Source of the DNA: Octopus sinensis
Taxonomy: Eukaryota
Assembly: GCF_006345805.1 (NCBI RefSeq)
Contig: NC_043020.1
Location: 20,398,001 to 20,462,000, forward strand
Direction: 5' to 3'
DNA: 64,000 nt
Part shown: one piece after another, positions 26,108 through 38,224 of the stretch
Layout of the letters: every line of letters begins with the position of its first letter
Numbering within the stretch: the stretch's first letter is position 1
Program-made: the position numbers and the translations under genes
The notes under the pieces: model-generated
Told to the model about the DNA's origin: nothing
Database searches by the model: none
Seen by the model: the letters and a program-made list of their open reading frames with translations, nothing else

Positions 26108-26370
26108 CATGTTCAGTTATAATAAAAACATTTTTACACTAATTTGATGGCTTACTCGAAACTTCTGTATGAATTTATTACTCTTAAGCAAAAACATTAT
26201 CGACAGTGACTTCGAAGTTTCAGCCATTGTCTGATGATGACTTGGCCAGCCCAAACTTCAAAGTCACTGTCAAATATTCTTGTTTAAGAAGGCATGTATG
26301 TATGCATGCATACATGTATGTATAATAAGTTTTACAAGGAAATGTGACTTTGAATTTTGGGTTACCCAAC
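26108..26370 (+). mobile_element. HHR-bearing non-coding repeat, copy B (hairpin 26182-26289)
   Basis: Left arm gacagtgacttcgaagtttcagcc, core CTGATGA at 26231-26237, right arm ..aaacttcaaagtcactgtc. Confidence 0.65.
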
Positions 26371-27361
26371 TTATGTGTTTGTACCTAGCTATTTTCTGGT
26401 ACCTCACAAGTTAACATGTCTTAATTCTTAAGTAATCCTCAAAACTAATTTATATGTAGTGCACTTGTAAGAAACTAGAAAATAATGAACACCACATTTG
26501 CAGCCATATCTCCTTTAAATTACACTCTACCATCCAAAGAAGGATACATTGGAAAATACAGAAGAAAATCAGAATGGTCATGGTTGGAATACATTTGATG
26601 ATCTAGTAGACAACTAACAATAAAAGTCACTTGGCTTGGATGATGAGATTAGAATTGGTTTTGTTGTTATTTAGTGGATTATCAAATACTTTTCAACCAT
26701 GCCCATCTTAATTTTTTGTACATCAGAGATAGATGTATTGTCCAATGTATCCTTTGAAGAGCTAGTGGGGAGAAATTAAGGAAGATTTGGTGGCTATTTA
26801 GAGCAGGTCAGCTAACACACTGAGATCCCACCATTTCTTCTTAATATGACCATTAGCTACTATATATATTATACGCACTCTTAATCTTGCCAAATAGAAA
26901 ATGCTTAGCTGAAGAAGTCTAACAAACCTAAAATATGTCCGTTACTTTCATTAGTTGGTCTTTTTGAAGACCAGATCTCCTCCAATATACATCTTGAGGA
27001 GCATACACATGATGACTCCTTCTTGTTCATCTGAAAGTCAAATTACTGCCTTTGTGCCCCTGAGAAACTGCACATATAGAAACAACCTGCTGTGTCCCTT
27101 AGCAAAAAAACCCTAAAAAACTTGAACTGCTATATGAATGTCATCAATGGAGTTCCTTAACGGCTAATCTTATACCATTAATTGTAACACTGTTTCAGGA
27201 ATCAAACTATTGACTCCTTCAAGTGACTCAAACTGATTAGTAGGAACAAAATTTATAGCTCATCCCATAACAATCAGATATCTTTATAAGATATAGATGA
27301 CAGCATCTAAAGAGTTATGCAAATAAATCACTAACTACACACACAAAGTAATAAATGGGCT

Positions 27362-28867
27362 GTACAGGCCCTTTACAGAGAGGCTGTTAGCAAGGTTAGG
27401 ATAGGCAATGAGTACGGTGAAGAATTCCAAGTAGAAGTTGGCGTCCACCAAGGCTCAGCCCCCTTCTATTCATCATAGTCCTCCAGGCAATAACAGAGGA
27501 ATTTAAGATGGGTTGTCCCTGGGAGCTCCTCTATGCTGATGACCTAGCCCTCATAGCAGAATCACTACCTGAACTAGAAGAAATTTCGGGTGTGGAAGCT
27601 AGGTTTCGAATCAAAAGGCCTTAGAGTCAATGTAGCAAAGACCAAAGTTCTAGTAAGTAGGAAGGCAAACTCACCACACACCTCTTCAGGTAGGTGGCCC
27701 TGCTCGATCTGTAGAAAAGGTGTAGGTAGAAACTCCATAAGATGTACCCAGTGTAAGCTATGGACACATAAGAGGTGCAGCAATATCAAAGGAAAATTAA
27801 CCGAGAAGATAGCTTTCGTGTGTAGCAGATGCACAGGGGCAATAGACACCATTGATACTCAGAAAACAGATTGCATTACACTCCCTGGGGAGAAACTAGA
27901 AGTAGTTGATAGTTTCTGCTACCTAGGTGACCAAGTCAGTAGCAGGGGTGGATGCTCAGAGAGTGTTACCACTAGAATAAGAATAGCCTGGGAAGCTTCT
28001 TCCCCTACTGGTGACTAAGGGTCTCCCGTTCAGAGTGAAAGGTAGATTGTACGACGCACATGTGTGAACTGCCATGCTTCACGGTAGTGAAACATGGGCT
28101 GTAACACCAGAGGACATGCGTAGGCTTGAAAGAAATGAAGCTAGCATGATCCGCTGGATGTGTAATGTCAGTGTCCATGCATAAGAAGCATTGGATGCAG
28201 CGTGCAGGAGAGACTATTGCATTGGTATGGTCATGTACTACGGATGGATGAGGAGAGATGTGTGAAGAAGTGCCACTCCCAAACTGTAAAAGGAATCCGG
28301 GGTAGCGGTAGACCTAGGAAGACATGGGACGAGGTGGTCAAGAATGACCTTCATACTTTGAGTCTCACAGAGGCTATGACTAAAGACCGAGACCTCTGGA
28401 GATATGCCGTGACTTCGAAGACCTGACAAATGAAGTGAGTTCATGGCTCGCAGGACGGCCTGCTGTGCTAATCTTGGATCGTAGGGTGACCTGCTGTTCT
28501 TGAGGAGACCTATTGAGTCAAGTACATCAACATCAAAATAAAAATTCAAATGGAACTTGTAGTTAAGACACCTGTCCAAACGTTGCAGATGCCAGGGCCG
28601 CCTCACTGGCGTCCATGTCGGTGACACGTAAAAGCATCAACGGATCATGGCCGTTTGCCAGCCCGCTCTAGCCCCTGTGCCGGTGGCACGTAAAAATACA
28701 CCCACAACACTCACGGAGTGGTTGGCGTTAGGAAGGGCATCCAGCTGTAGAAATGCTGCCAAATCAGACTAGAGCCTGGTGCAGCCTCCATGGCTTATCA
28801 GACCCTGGTCAAACCGTCCAACCCATGCTAGCATGGAAAACGGACGTTAAATGATGATGATGATGAT
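27362..28867 (+). mobile_element. RTE-clade LINE, 5'-truncated, decayed (RT C-terminal part, Cys/His finger, 3' UTR, (GAT)n tail)
   Basis: VGVHQGS, LLYADDL, ORF 27590-28018 with CSIC..GVGRNSIRCTQC..WTHKRC, ORF 28202-28426 RLLHWYGHVLRM..GRPRKTW. Confidence 0.92.
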
Positions 28868-28890
28868 AATACATATATCTACATATATAT

Positions 28891-30591
28891 ACCAAAATAA
28901 GGAGAAGTTGTACATGTACTTCATTGATCTGGAGAAGGCATTTGATAGGATTCCAAGGAAGGTGACTGAGTGGGCATTCAGGAAGAGAGGTATGCTACAT
29001 GTAAAAGTGAGGGTAGTGATGAGTATGCACGAAGGGGTAAAGACAAGAGTTAGAATTGGATCAGAGCTGTCGGAGGAGTTTGCGGTGAAAGTTGGTGTGC
29101 ATCAGGGATCTGTGTTGTCACCATTCTTGCTTGCAATAGTGGTTGATGTGGTGACGGAGAGTGGAAAAGAGGGACTGGAGATACTGTATGCAGATGACCT
29201 TGTTCTGATGAGTGAGACGATAGAGGAATTGAAGGAGAAGCTTTGGAAATGGAAGGAGGTGTTTGAAAGCAAAGGTTTGAAGGTAAACCTCAGGAAGACA
29301 AAGTTGATAGTGAGCAGGATGGAAGGAGAAGTGTTAGTGTGTAAGGTGGATCCATGAGGTGTATGTGAGAGAAGGGAAATAGCAAATGCAGTGTTGTGTC
29401 TCTCTTCTCTTCTAAAAGTAGAACAGTGGAAGCACTCCGTCGGTTATGACGACGAGGGTTCCAGTTGATCCGATCAACGGAACAGCCTGCTCGTGAAATT
29501 AACGTGTAACTGGCTGAGCACTCCACAGACACGTGCACCCTTAACGTAGTTCTCGGGGATATTCAGCGTGACACAGAGAATGACAATGCCGGCCCTTTGA
29601 AATACAGGTACAACAGAAACAGGAAGTAAGAGTGAGAGAAAGTTGTGGTGAAAGAGTACAGCAGGGATCACCACCATTCCTGCCGGAGCCTCGTGGAGCT
29701 TTAGGTGTTTTCGCTCAATAAACACTCACAACGCCCGGTCTGGGAATCGAAACCGCGATCCTACGACCGCGAGTCCGCTGCCCTAACCACTGGGCCATTG
29801 CGCCTCCACAGTGTTGTGTATAAGATGTGAGAAATGGATTCATATTTGATGTACAAAAATGAATAAGGTGACCCCAAGACTGGCAAGAGAGCTTGTTTGT
29901 GGAAGATGTGAGAAAGGAGCAGGAGGGCTGGCAGAATCAATAGAAACACTAAGTGACGAGGAGGAAAGGGTTTTGTTATTTGGGAGATAGGGTGAATGTA
30001 AGTGGTGGGATTGAAGCAGCTGTGACAGCAAGAGTGAGACTTGGCTGGGTGAAGTTCAGGGAATGTGGAGTGTTGTTATATGGAAAAAGGTTCTCATTGA
30101 AGATGAAAGGAAGGGTCTATAGGAGTTGTATGAGAGCTGCAATGCTGTATGGGAGTGAGACATGGTGTCTGAGGGGGAAAGAGATGGTAATTTTGAGAAG
30201 GACTGAGAGAGCAATGATGAGAGAAATGTGTGGTGTGAAGCTGTTTGATAAGAGGAGGAATGGGGACTTGATGAGGATGCTGGGGTTGGAGGAATTGGTG
30301 GAATGGCTGGCAAGGGCAAATGGAGTGCAGTGGCATGGGCATGTGTTGAGGAGGGATGAGAAGTATATGCCGAGGAGGGTGCTTGAGTTTGAGATAAATG
30401 GGCTGCCAAAGTGAGGTAGACTGATGGGACAGGTGGAAGAGGAGATTGGGAAGGTTGGTTTGAGAAAGGAGGATACCCAAAACTGGGTAAGATGGTGAGA
30501 CAGTGTAAGGGCAGTTGGTGTGGGACTGAGGTACATCCAGCCACCCCTGTTAACGGGGACAAAACCAGGATTTAAAACACTGCTTGATGAT

Positions 30592-30593
<2 letters not shown>
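28891..30593 (+). mobile_element. RTE-clade LINE, different subfamily, interrupted by a SINE
   Basis: ORF 28851-29357 FIDLEKAFDR..VGVHQGSVLSP..LYADDLVL; ORF 29953-30414 YLG..RVRLGW.KFRE..MLYGSETW..WHGHVLRR. Confidence 0.9.
29400..29808 (-). mobile_element. tRNA-derived SINE (third family) with 11-bp target-site duplication
   Basis: Minus-strand head GGCGCAATGGCCCAGTGGTTAGGGCAGCGGACTCGCGGTCGTAGGATCGCGGTTTCGATTCCC. TSD cagtgttgtgt at 29389-29399 and 29809-29819. CpG-rich. Confidence 0.92.
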
Positions 30594-30630
<37 letters not shown>

Positions 30631-30674
30631 TATATATTTGTAATATAATATGTGACAAATTATTTGGTTGCCAT

Positions 30675-30735
30675 GATAAAACTCTGAGTTTCGGATATTG
30701 GGGTGGCAACCTGTACTGGCATCTCTACAGTTATT
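30675..30735 (-). ncRNA. Degenerate type I hammerhead motif
   Basis: AATAA CTGTAGA GATG...ATATC C GAAA CTC A GAG T T TTATC. A6 is mutated to T. Stem I AATAA/TTATC, stem III CTC/GAG. Confidence 0.5.
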
Positions 30736-31589
30736 GAGGCAATTAAAATAAGCTATGAAAATGACCATTAAACAAACGGAATTACTATGTAAATGACAAA
30801 AGAGCTATTAGAATGACCGTTAAGTAAGGGAAAAAACAAAAGGCGGGGAAGTAAAAAGTAAAAGGAGTTAGAAAGCTCATAGCAATCCTGTGCATGCACA
30901 TTTACATGCATACACATGTGTGCATGCACTCCCACCTACATGTGACTATATGCACATGTCAACTCAGACTCGCATGAAACACACACATGTGCACCCACAC
31001 ATACCTAAAATAGACGCAATCATGCATGTACATGTATAGAAATCCACACAAGCACACACACACACACACACACACGTGCCCATACCCATACGTGCACAGT
31101 TATATTCAAGTATAAATGTGTGCACACTCACACACGTGCACATAACCATACACTCAAAGTTATATTCAAATGCATGTCTAAAACACATACATGCTATATG
31201 TGCATATGCTCACTTAGATGCGCATAACCCCCCCCCCCCACACACACACACACAAATTTCATATACACATGCACAAGAAAAATGCAGGTGGAAGGTAAAA
31301 TACAGGAAAAAAAGGTGTAAAAATAAATAAGGCAATAAAAATATTAAAAAATATCCAAGTATGTAAAAAATATGTAAAAATATATAAGAAATATATATAT
31401 ATAAAAAGTATAAAGAGATAAAAAGCGTGTATGTGGATAGAATGTAAAAAACAAGTTCTATGATTTCTTACTCCTCTACCTTTTACTTTTTACTCCCTCC
31501 CCTTCAGCTCTTTTGTCTTAAAAACAATCATCTACATAGTAATTTCCCTTTGTTTAACGGTTATGTTCATAGAATATTTTAATTGCCTC

Positions 31590-31650
31590 GATAATTGAAG
31601 AGATGCCGGCGCGGGTTTCTGCTCCGACATCTGAAACTTGGAGATTTATC
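31590..31650 (+). ncRNA. Degenerate type I hammerhead motif
   Basis: GATAA TTGAAGA GATGCCGG..CCGACATC T GAAA CTTGGAG A T TTATC. Perfect stem I GATAA/TTATC, but C3>T and U16.1>A. Confidence 0.5.
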
Positions 31651-31743
31651 ATGAGAATTGAATAATTTGTCACATTATATTACAAATAAATTCCTCTATT
31701 TACATAATATCGAGGTCTCTTTCATTCTTTTGTTGCCCTACCA

Positions 31744-31778
<35 letters not shown>

Positions 31779-31794
31779 TATACATATGCATATA

Positions 31795-32190
31795 TAGCCG
31801 CTGTACAGCATATAAGCTATTGGGAAAAACTCAAGAGATTAAGACTCTATTCCTTAGAGAGTAGGCGAGAAAGATATGCCATAATATACATCTGGAAGAT
31901 CCTGGAAGGACTTGTCCCAAACTTTGGCATTGAGAGTTACACAAATACCAGAACTGGGCACTACTGCATAGTGCCAAGGACTCCAAATTTGCCATCAAGA
32001 TGTAGGACAAGATACTGTGATAGCCTGGGCTTCAGAAGTCCACAGCTCTTCAATATCCTCCCGAAGGATGGATGCAGATGTCTTTAAAATAAAGCTGGAC
32101 CTCTTCCTGTCAGGTATCCCAGATGAACCAACTTCACGGCAGGAGGTGCAGATGAGGGCAGCTGCATCAAACTCTCTCATACACCAAATG
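31795..32190 (+). mobile_element. CR1-like LINE 3' fragment
   Basis: RRERYAIIYIWKILEGLVPNFGI...CDSLGFRSPQLFNILP...FKIKLDLFLSGIPDEP. Confidence 0.8.
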
Positions 32191-32205
32191 TCAATTGCTA
32201 AAAAG

Positions 32206-33846
32206 CATTTGTTCAGTCCTCAGCCTCCTCCTATTTATCATAGTCCTCCAGGCAATAACGGAGGAATTCAAGACAAGATGCCCCTGGGAGCTCCTCTATG
32301 CTGACGACCTTGCTCTAATCGCTGCGTCACTATCAGAACTAGAAGAGAAGTTTCAAGTGTGGAAACAAGGATTAGAATCGAAGGGCCTTAGAATCAACCT
32401 AGCTAAAACCAGTCCTAATAAGTAGGAAGGCAGCCAAACCACAAATCCCTTCAGGTAGATGGCCCTGCTCGATCTGTAGTAGAGGTGTAGGTAGAAACTC
32501 TATAAGATGTACCCAGTGTAAGCTATGGACACATAAGTGGTGCAGTAATATGAAAGGAAAGCTAACTGGGAAGATAGTTTTTGTATGTAGCAGATGCTTG
32601 GGAGCGATAAACACTGAAAATGCAGAGACCAACTTCTGCCACATTCCAGGGAGAAAAACTAGTAGTTGATAGCTTCCATTATCTAGGTGACCAAGTCAGT
32701 ATCGGAGGAGGGTACACTGAAAGTGTAGCTGCTAGAATAAGAATAGCTTGGGCAAAGTTCAGAGAGCTCTTACCTCTGCTGGTGACAAAAGGCCTCTCGC
32801 TCAGAGTAAAAGGTAGACTGTATGATGCATGTATACGAACAGCCATGCTACACGGCAGTGAAACATGGGCTGTGACTGCTGAGGATATACGTAAGCTCGC
32901 AAGGAATGAAGCCAGTATGATCCGATGGATGTGTAATGTCAGTGTGCATACTCAACAGAGTGTAAGTACCTTGAGAGAAAAGTTGGACCTAAGAAGCATT
33001 AGATGTGGTGTGCAAGAGAGACGACTGCACTGGTATGGTCATGTGGCGAGAATGGATGAGGACAGCTGTGTGAAAAAGTTCCACACCCTAGCGGTTGAGG
33101 GAACCTGTGGAAGAGGTAGACCCAGGATGAAGTGGTGAAGCACGACCTTCGAACATTAGGCCTCACCTAATAATACATATAAAGAAATGACTAGCGACCG
33201 AGACTTTTGGAAATATACTGTGCTCAAGAAGACCCAGCAAGCCAGATGAGACTATAACCCGTGGCCTATGCCAGGAGCATAACCAGCCCGCTTATGCGTA
33301 CCTTTTCCTTCTTTGGTCACTAAACTTTGCTTGCAAAGACTTGTTGAGGCAAGTGAAATCAAAATCAAAATCATTTCGATGACTGGCATCCATGCTAGCG
33401 GGGTGCAAAGAGCACCATACGAGTGTGATCATTGACAGAGTGGCTATTCGAGTATGATCGTTACAAGCGTCGCCTTACTGGCACTTATGCCTGTGCTAGT
33501 AGGGTGCCAAGCGTGATCGTTGCCATAGCAGCCAACTGGCTTCCGTACCAGTGGCACGTAAAAGGGCACCATTCGAGCGTGATCATTACCAACTTCGTTT
33601 CACTGGCACATATAAAAAGATTCTAACGAGGTCATTACCAGTACCGCCTGACTGGCCCCCATGCGGTGGCACGTAAAAAGCACCCGCTACACTCTCGGAG
33701 TGGTAGGTGTTAGGAAGGGGATCCAGCTGTAGAAACTCTGCCAGATCAAGACTGCAGCCATCTGGTTTGCCAGCCTTCAGTCAAAATCGTCCAACCCATG
33801 CTAGCATGGAAAGCGGATGTTAAACGACGATGATGATGATAATGAT
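32206..33846 (+). mobile_element. RTE-clade LINE, 5'-truncated, with long 3' UTR containing ~55-60-bp tandem subrepeats
   Basis: LLYADDL; ORF 32620-33138 YLGDQ..RIRIAWAKFRELLP..HGSETW..WYGHVARM..GRP; (GAT)n tail. Confidence 0.92.
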
Positions 33847-33995
33847 ATATTGAGGTATTCGGCACACGATATATTGTGCATACAGCTACATCAGCTTGCT
33901 TTATATGTATTATTAAGGTGTTGCAAACTGAGTTCGAATGTGACAATAATACAAGAGGTATGAGATTATCCTGAATGTACATAGCAACTCTACTG
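33847..33995 (-). mobile_element. LINE AP-endonuclease fragment (CR1-like)
   Basis: ORF 33746-34048 IPGYAVFHTDRRERSHSRVAMYI..VCTIYRVPN. Confidence 0.65.
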
Positions 33996-35059
33996 TGGCT
34001 TCTTTCTCTTCTATCTGTATGAAATACAGCATACCCTGGTATGTGCACTTCCGCATCTGTTACATCATATATATATATACATACATATATTTATGCACAC
34101 ACACATATATATATACATATATAATACATGTATACTATTGCAGTTTACAATATTTACAAGTACTTTCCTGTTTCCCAACAATCTTCAGGTAAACTAATAC
34201 AGAAAGATTTATGTGAAGATTATTATAAAACTTGAAAGCATTTGTAAATATTGTAGAATGTAATATTGCAAAACTGAGAGAAAAAAACACTAGTGCCTTG
34301 TTTGGGTGTGTCTGATGCAGCTGAATAGCCACTGAAACATCTGGATGACTGGTTAGGCAACTTGTGGTAAATATTTCATATTCTTCTTAAGCAATATATT
34401 TGATCCTCAATCAGTCATTCTATCTGTGTAATACACATAGGCATAAAACCATAGTACCTGTTAAGCCATTATGCACTCTTAGTGATTGGGCTAAATGTCC
34501 CTCTAAGTTTATGTGTGTGTACTCACAGGCAGAATGGAAAAAAGTACTCAATGCTTATAGTAAAGTTTATTTAGTTTGAAGGAAGCTGATGATTCATTCC
34601 ATTGCTACTGAGAATTTGTTGCCAAACTATAGAATGTAGCAAAAAACTTTGTGAAGCAGTGGTGTGGACAATTAACTTCTGAGTATGTGTATGCATGCAC
34701 ACACATAAGTAACTAGATAGCAAGTATAAAGAAATAACCATTAACCCACACAATGAAATAGCAATGCTGTTGTGGCAGTTGTGTTTGGGTTTCTTTTTCT
34801 ATACTATTTATCTTATCAACCACAAGTCATTTACAAGTTTCCAACATACCAATCTCTGGTTCACTGCAATTTTGATGGCAATGGTGACAGGGGAGGGGTG
34901 TATCTGTGTTACTCAGGCAGAAGCAATAACACAAAGAATTCGTTTTTGAGCACTTTAGTTTATTGTTTTTCTCACTAATATGTATGTCTCCCAACAAAAT
35001 ATATTGGCAAAAGATCCATACACACACGTACATAGATATATAGAAAAGATGAAAGCATG

Positions 35060-35300
35060 ACTGTGTGGTAAGAAGTTTGCTTCCCAAATACATGGCCTCA
35101 GTCTTAGTCACACTGCGTGACACCTTGGGCAGCCTGTCATATATATAGATAGGTAGTTATATATGACAGGCTGCTTTCAGTTTCCATGAACAAAATAAAT
35201 TCACAAGGCTTTGGTAGTAGTTGACTCTTGCCCAAGATGCCATGCAGTAGGACTGAACCTGAGCTCATGTGATGGGGCAGCAAACTTCTTACGACACAGT
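35060..35300. mobile_element. Two SINE head fragments in opposite orientations
   Basis: Plus-strand head gactgtgtggtaagaagtttgcttcc at ~35060 and minus-strand head at 35175-35300, separated by a short palindromic spacer. Confidence 0.6.
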
Positions 35301-36419
35301 CATGTCTTCACCTTATATATATGTGATCTCTGTGTAAATGAGAAATTCTTTATCTTAATGGCCAAACCACATCTACTTAATAAATTTTACAGATTATTAG
35401 CAAACCTGCTTTACTTCTTATTATCTCCCCTTAACCTTTTCACGTACCACTTATTACTGCTCAACTTCACTTCACATTATAACTATTTACTGAACTTTTA
35501 CTTATTTTATGTACTATGCTAGGGCACTGTTTTCCTATAATTTAATTTCACTTGATAGCTAGACTACCGACTCATTTTACATGCTATAATTTCCCTATCG
35601 ATCTTATTGTTTTTCTATGCACTCTTCAACCCTTTACTTCGCCCATTGTACACACTGTATCATACACACTTTAAATAATAACATTAGCCTTATACTACAG
35701 CTTCCTTTGAAATTACATAAACTAATTACAAGTTATAAATTAGCGTCACATGTGTCCAAATAACTACACCGGACAAATAGCTAGAACTCCCTCGGCTTAC
35801 ACCGGCAGTCAACTGGCCATGGGCACCAGATGCTAGAACCTATGGACATATGGAATTATGAAACTAACTCATTATAAGACCACAGATTTAACAAGCTCTC
35901 TTCTCTTCGATCCTCCAACTGATACAATGAATTATGGAAGTCACTAAAATGTAAGGCTATTGAATTAATGAACATTTTTCTGTTTTCCTTTCTTTCTATT
36001 TTCCTTCTATTTATCTTTTGCCACATAACCATTATGAAGTTGTCTATCAATTGTAATAAGGTACAGCTTGATATAAAGAAACAGCTGTAAACATACTCTT
36101 ATCTTAATTAAATAACGACCAATGATCCACTTCTCACTGTTAATTGCTCCAGTTCTTATTGTCTCTCTATATATTAAACCACGGTTTTACCTTTAAATTA
36201 CCTACTACCTTATACCTTACAACAAGGACCATACATACTGAGGTAATACCAGAAATGCCTATGGATACATCTATCCCTTAGAAGGTTACATTACCTCTAA
36301 CTTATATTTTACATAATATATATCATCATCATCATTTAACATCTGTTTCCCATACCAGCATGGGTTGGATGGTTTGACAGAAGTTAGCCAGCTGAAGAGC
36401 TGCCTGGGCTCCATGTCTA

Positions 36420-36550
36420 GGAAAATGAAATGACAAAGGAATAATTGATTATGAACTTCATTAGCTTACAGCTGTTTCTGTTATAAGATGCAGTGGACTC
36501 ATAGCTGAGGGCCTGATTAACACCTTATAGCTTCATTGGAGCCTCAAATA
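36420..36550 (-). repeat. ~130-bp dispersed repeat
   Basis: Reverse complement of 58220-58350 (cagaaacagctgtaagctaatgaagttca...ctttgtcattt). Confidence 0.7.
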
Positions 36551-36679
36551 TCAGTTATTCCTTTGTCATCTCTTTCTTGTTACCACTCTGTACTCAACTA
36601 ACACTTTGTTCTGATGCATATGTATACTGAGTTCTACCCCCAGATTATTAGTATCACAATGGCTAAGTGAAATATATAT

Positions 36680-37072
36680 TCTTTTATTCTTTTACTTGTT
36701 TCAGTCATTTGACTGCAGCTATGCTGGGGCACTGCCTTAAAGGGTATTAGTCAAAGAAATCGATCTTTGTAAGCCTAGTCCTTATTCTATCAGCCTCTTT
36801 TGCTGAACTGCCAAGTTATAGGGACATAAACACACCAGCATCAGTTGTCAAGTGATGGCGGGGGGACAGACACAGACACACACACATATATAAATATATA
36901 TATATATATATGATGGGCTTCTTCCAGTTTCCATCAACCAAATCCACTCATAAGTGTTTGGTTGGCCTGAGGCTATAGTAGAAGACACTTGCCTAAAGTG
37001 CCACACAGTGGGACTGAGCTCAGAACCATGTGGTTGGGAAGTAAGTTTCTTACCACACACCCATGCCTGCAC
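36680..37072 (-). mobile_element. tRNA-derived SINE, full length, diverged
   Basis: Same family as 3725-4130. Confidence 0.85.
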
Positions 37073-37616
37073 CACAAAAATAACATGGGCTCATCTGAGA
37101 TGTTATTCATAAATATAATTTTTTATAAATAAATGTCTTGAAGTTGCACAAATGTTTCGTTCTCAAAGCATTTTCTCTATAGATGTACACACAAAGCACT
37201 TGAACAGGTTCTAAGCAAATTTCGTTTTCAAAATATTAGTTAACCTCATACCGAAGAAGCATATGTATGAGGAGTGAAGTGCTAACCACACAGCTATACG
37301 TATGGCTATAGTTATGTTGGCGGTGTTGTGATGGTTATTGTTGCTGTGTTGGTTGTGATGTTTATTTTGTAATGGTTGCCTTTTCATGTTTGTAGTTGTT
37401 TGTTAAAAGATGAAAACAAACAATAAAAAGATAGCTTATAAAAAGAAGCATTTAATAAAAAATAAATAAACCAGAAATTAAAAGAAAGCAAAAAGAGTAT
37501 GGAAAGGGAGAAAGGTTATATAGTTAATAACTTCCATCCCAATACAACCTTGTACAGTTGGACACCTACCTAGAATCTTGCTAATTAACAACATTGACAA
37601 AAGAGATAGAGAGGAG

Positions 37617-37653
<37 letters not shown>

Positions 37654-38224
37654 TGTGTGTGTGTGTGTTAACAAATTCAGTTGCATTTCCGTAGCCAGCT
37701 GAGTAATTTGTGGTGAATGCAGTAAATGACTTGTTGATTTTTTAATTAGAGAATGGGGAGAAGGTAAGTAGTAGTAGTAGAACTAGCAGCAGGAATAGTA
37801 CCAGCAACAGTGGGAGTATTATAGTTGTACAGAGATATCAAAACTCAGATTCTTGTATAAAATCAAAAATACATTTCTTTACTGTCTGTACCAGCACCAC
37901 CACCATCAATGTGGTGTGTTTCAGCAAAATACCCTTCAGGCTACAATATATTTTTTCTATGATTGCAGGGTTGGATCTCAAGGAGAGTTGTGGGGTTAAA
38001 CAACAACTTTTTTAAAGCTTGTCCAGAAATACAGCCAGTACAATCTGATCAACCATAAGATTTATTTCCAATAACTTAAACAGAAAAATCTCATAACATC
38101 AGCAGAGACATGGCTGTATGACTAAGAAGCATCAACTTCACTGGTCTCACAGTGCCTCTGAGCATCAGGGGTTACTGTCTCTTCTTCCAGACACAGCAAG
38201 TAAAAACTGTCAATATATTGGAGG

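Larger units (their letters stand above)
30635..31688. mobile_element. Non-coding element with ~240-bp inverted termini, each with a degenerate HHR
   Basis: 30635-30883 is the reverse complement of 31457-31688. HHR-like motifs at 30675-30735 (-) and 31590-31650 (+). (TA)n on the left flank. Body homologous to 49041-49736. Confidence 0.75.

Noticed and set aside
29745-29808. Possible tRNA gene on the minus strand
   Set aside because: It is the head of a ~410-bp SINE with a TSD. No proper acceptor stem end.
33520-33535. Other X-box-like strings (also 30667-30680 and 43341-43353)
   Set aside because: They lie inside repeats or deviate in spacing, and are expected by chance.
33400-33680. CRISPR-like repeat/spacer appearance of the ~55-60-bp units (also 60060-60400)
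   Set aside because: The units are degenerate tandem subrepeats inside an RTE 3' UTR, with no unique spacers and no cas genes, in a eukaryotic context.
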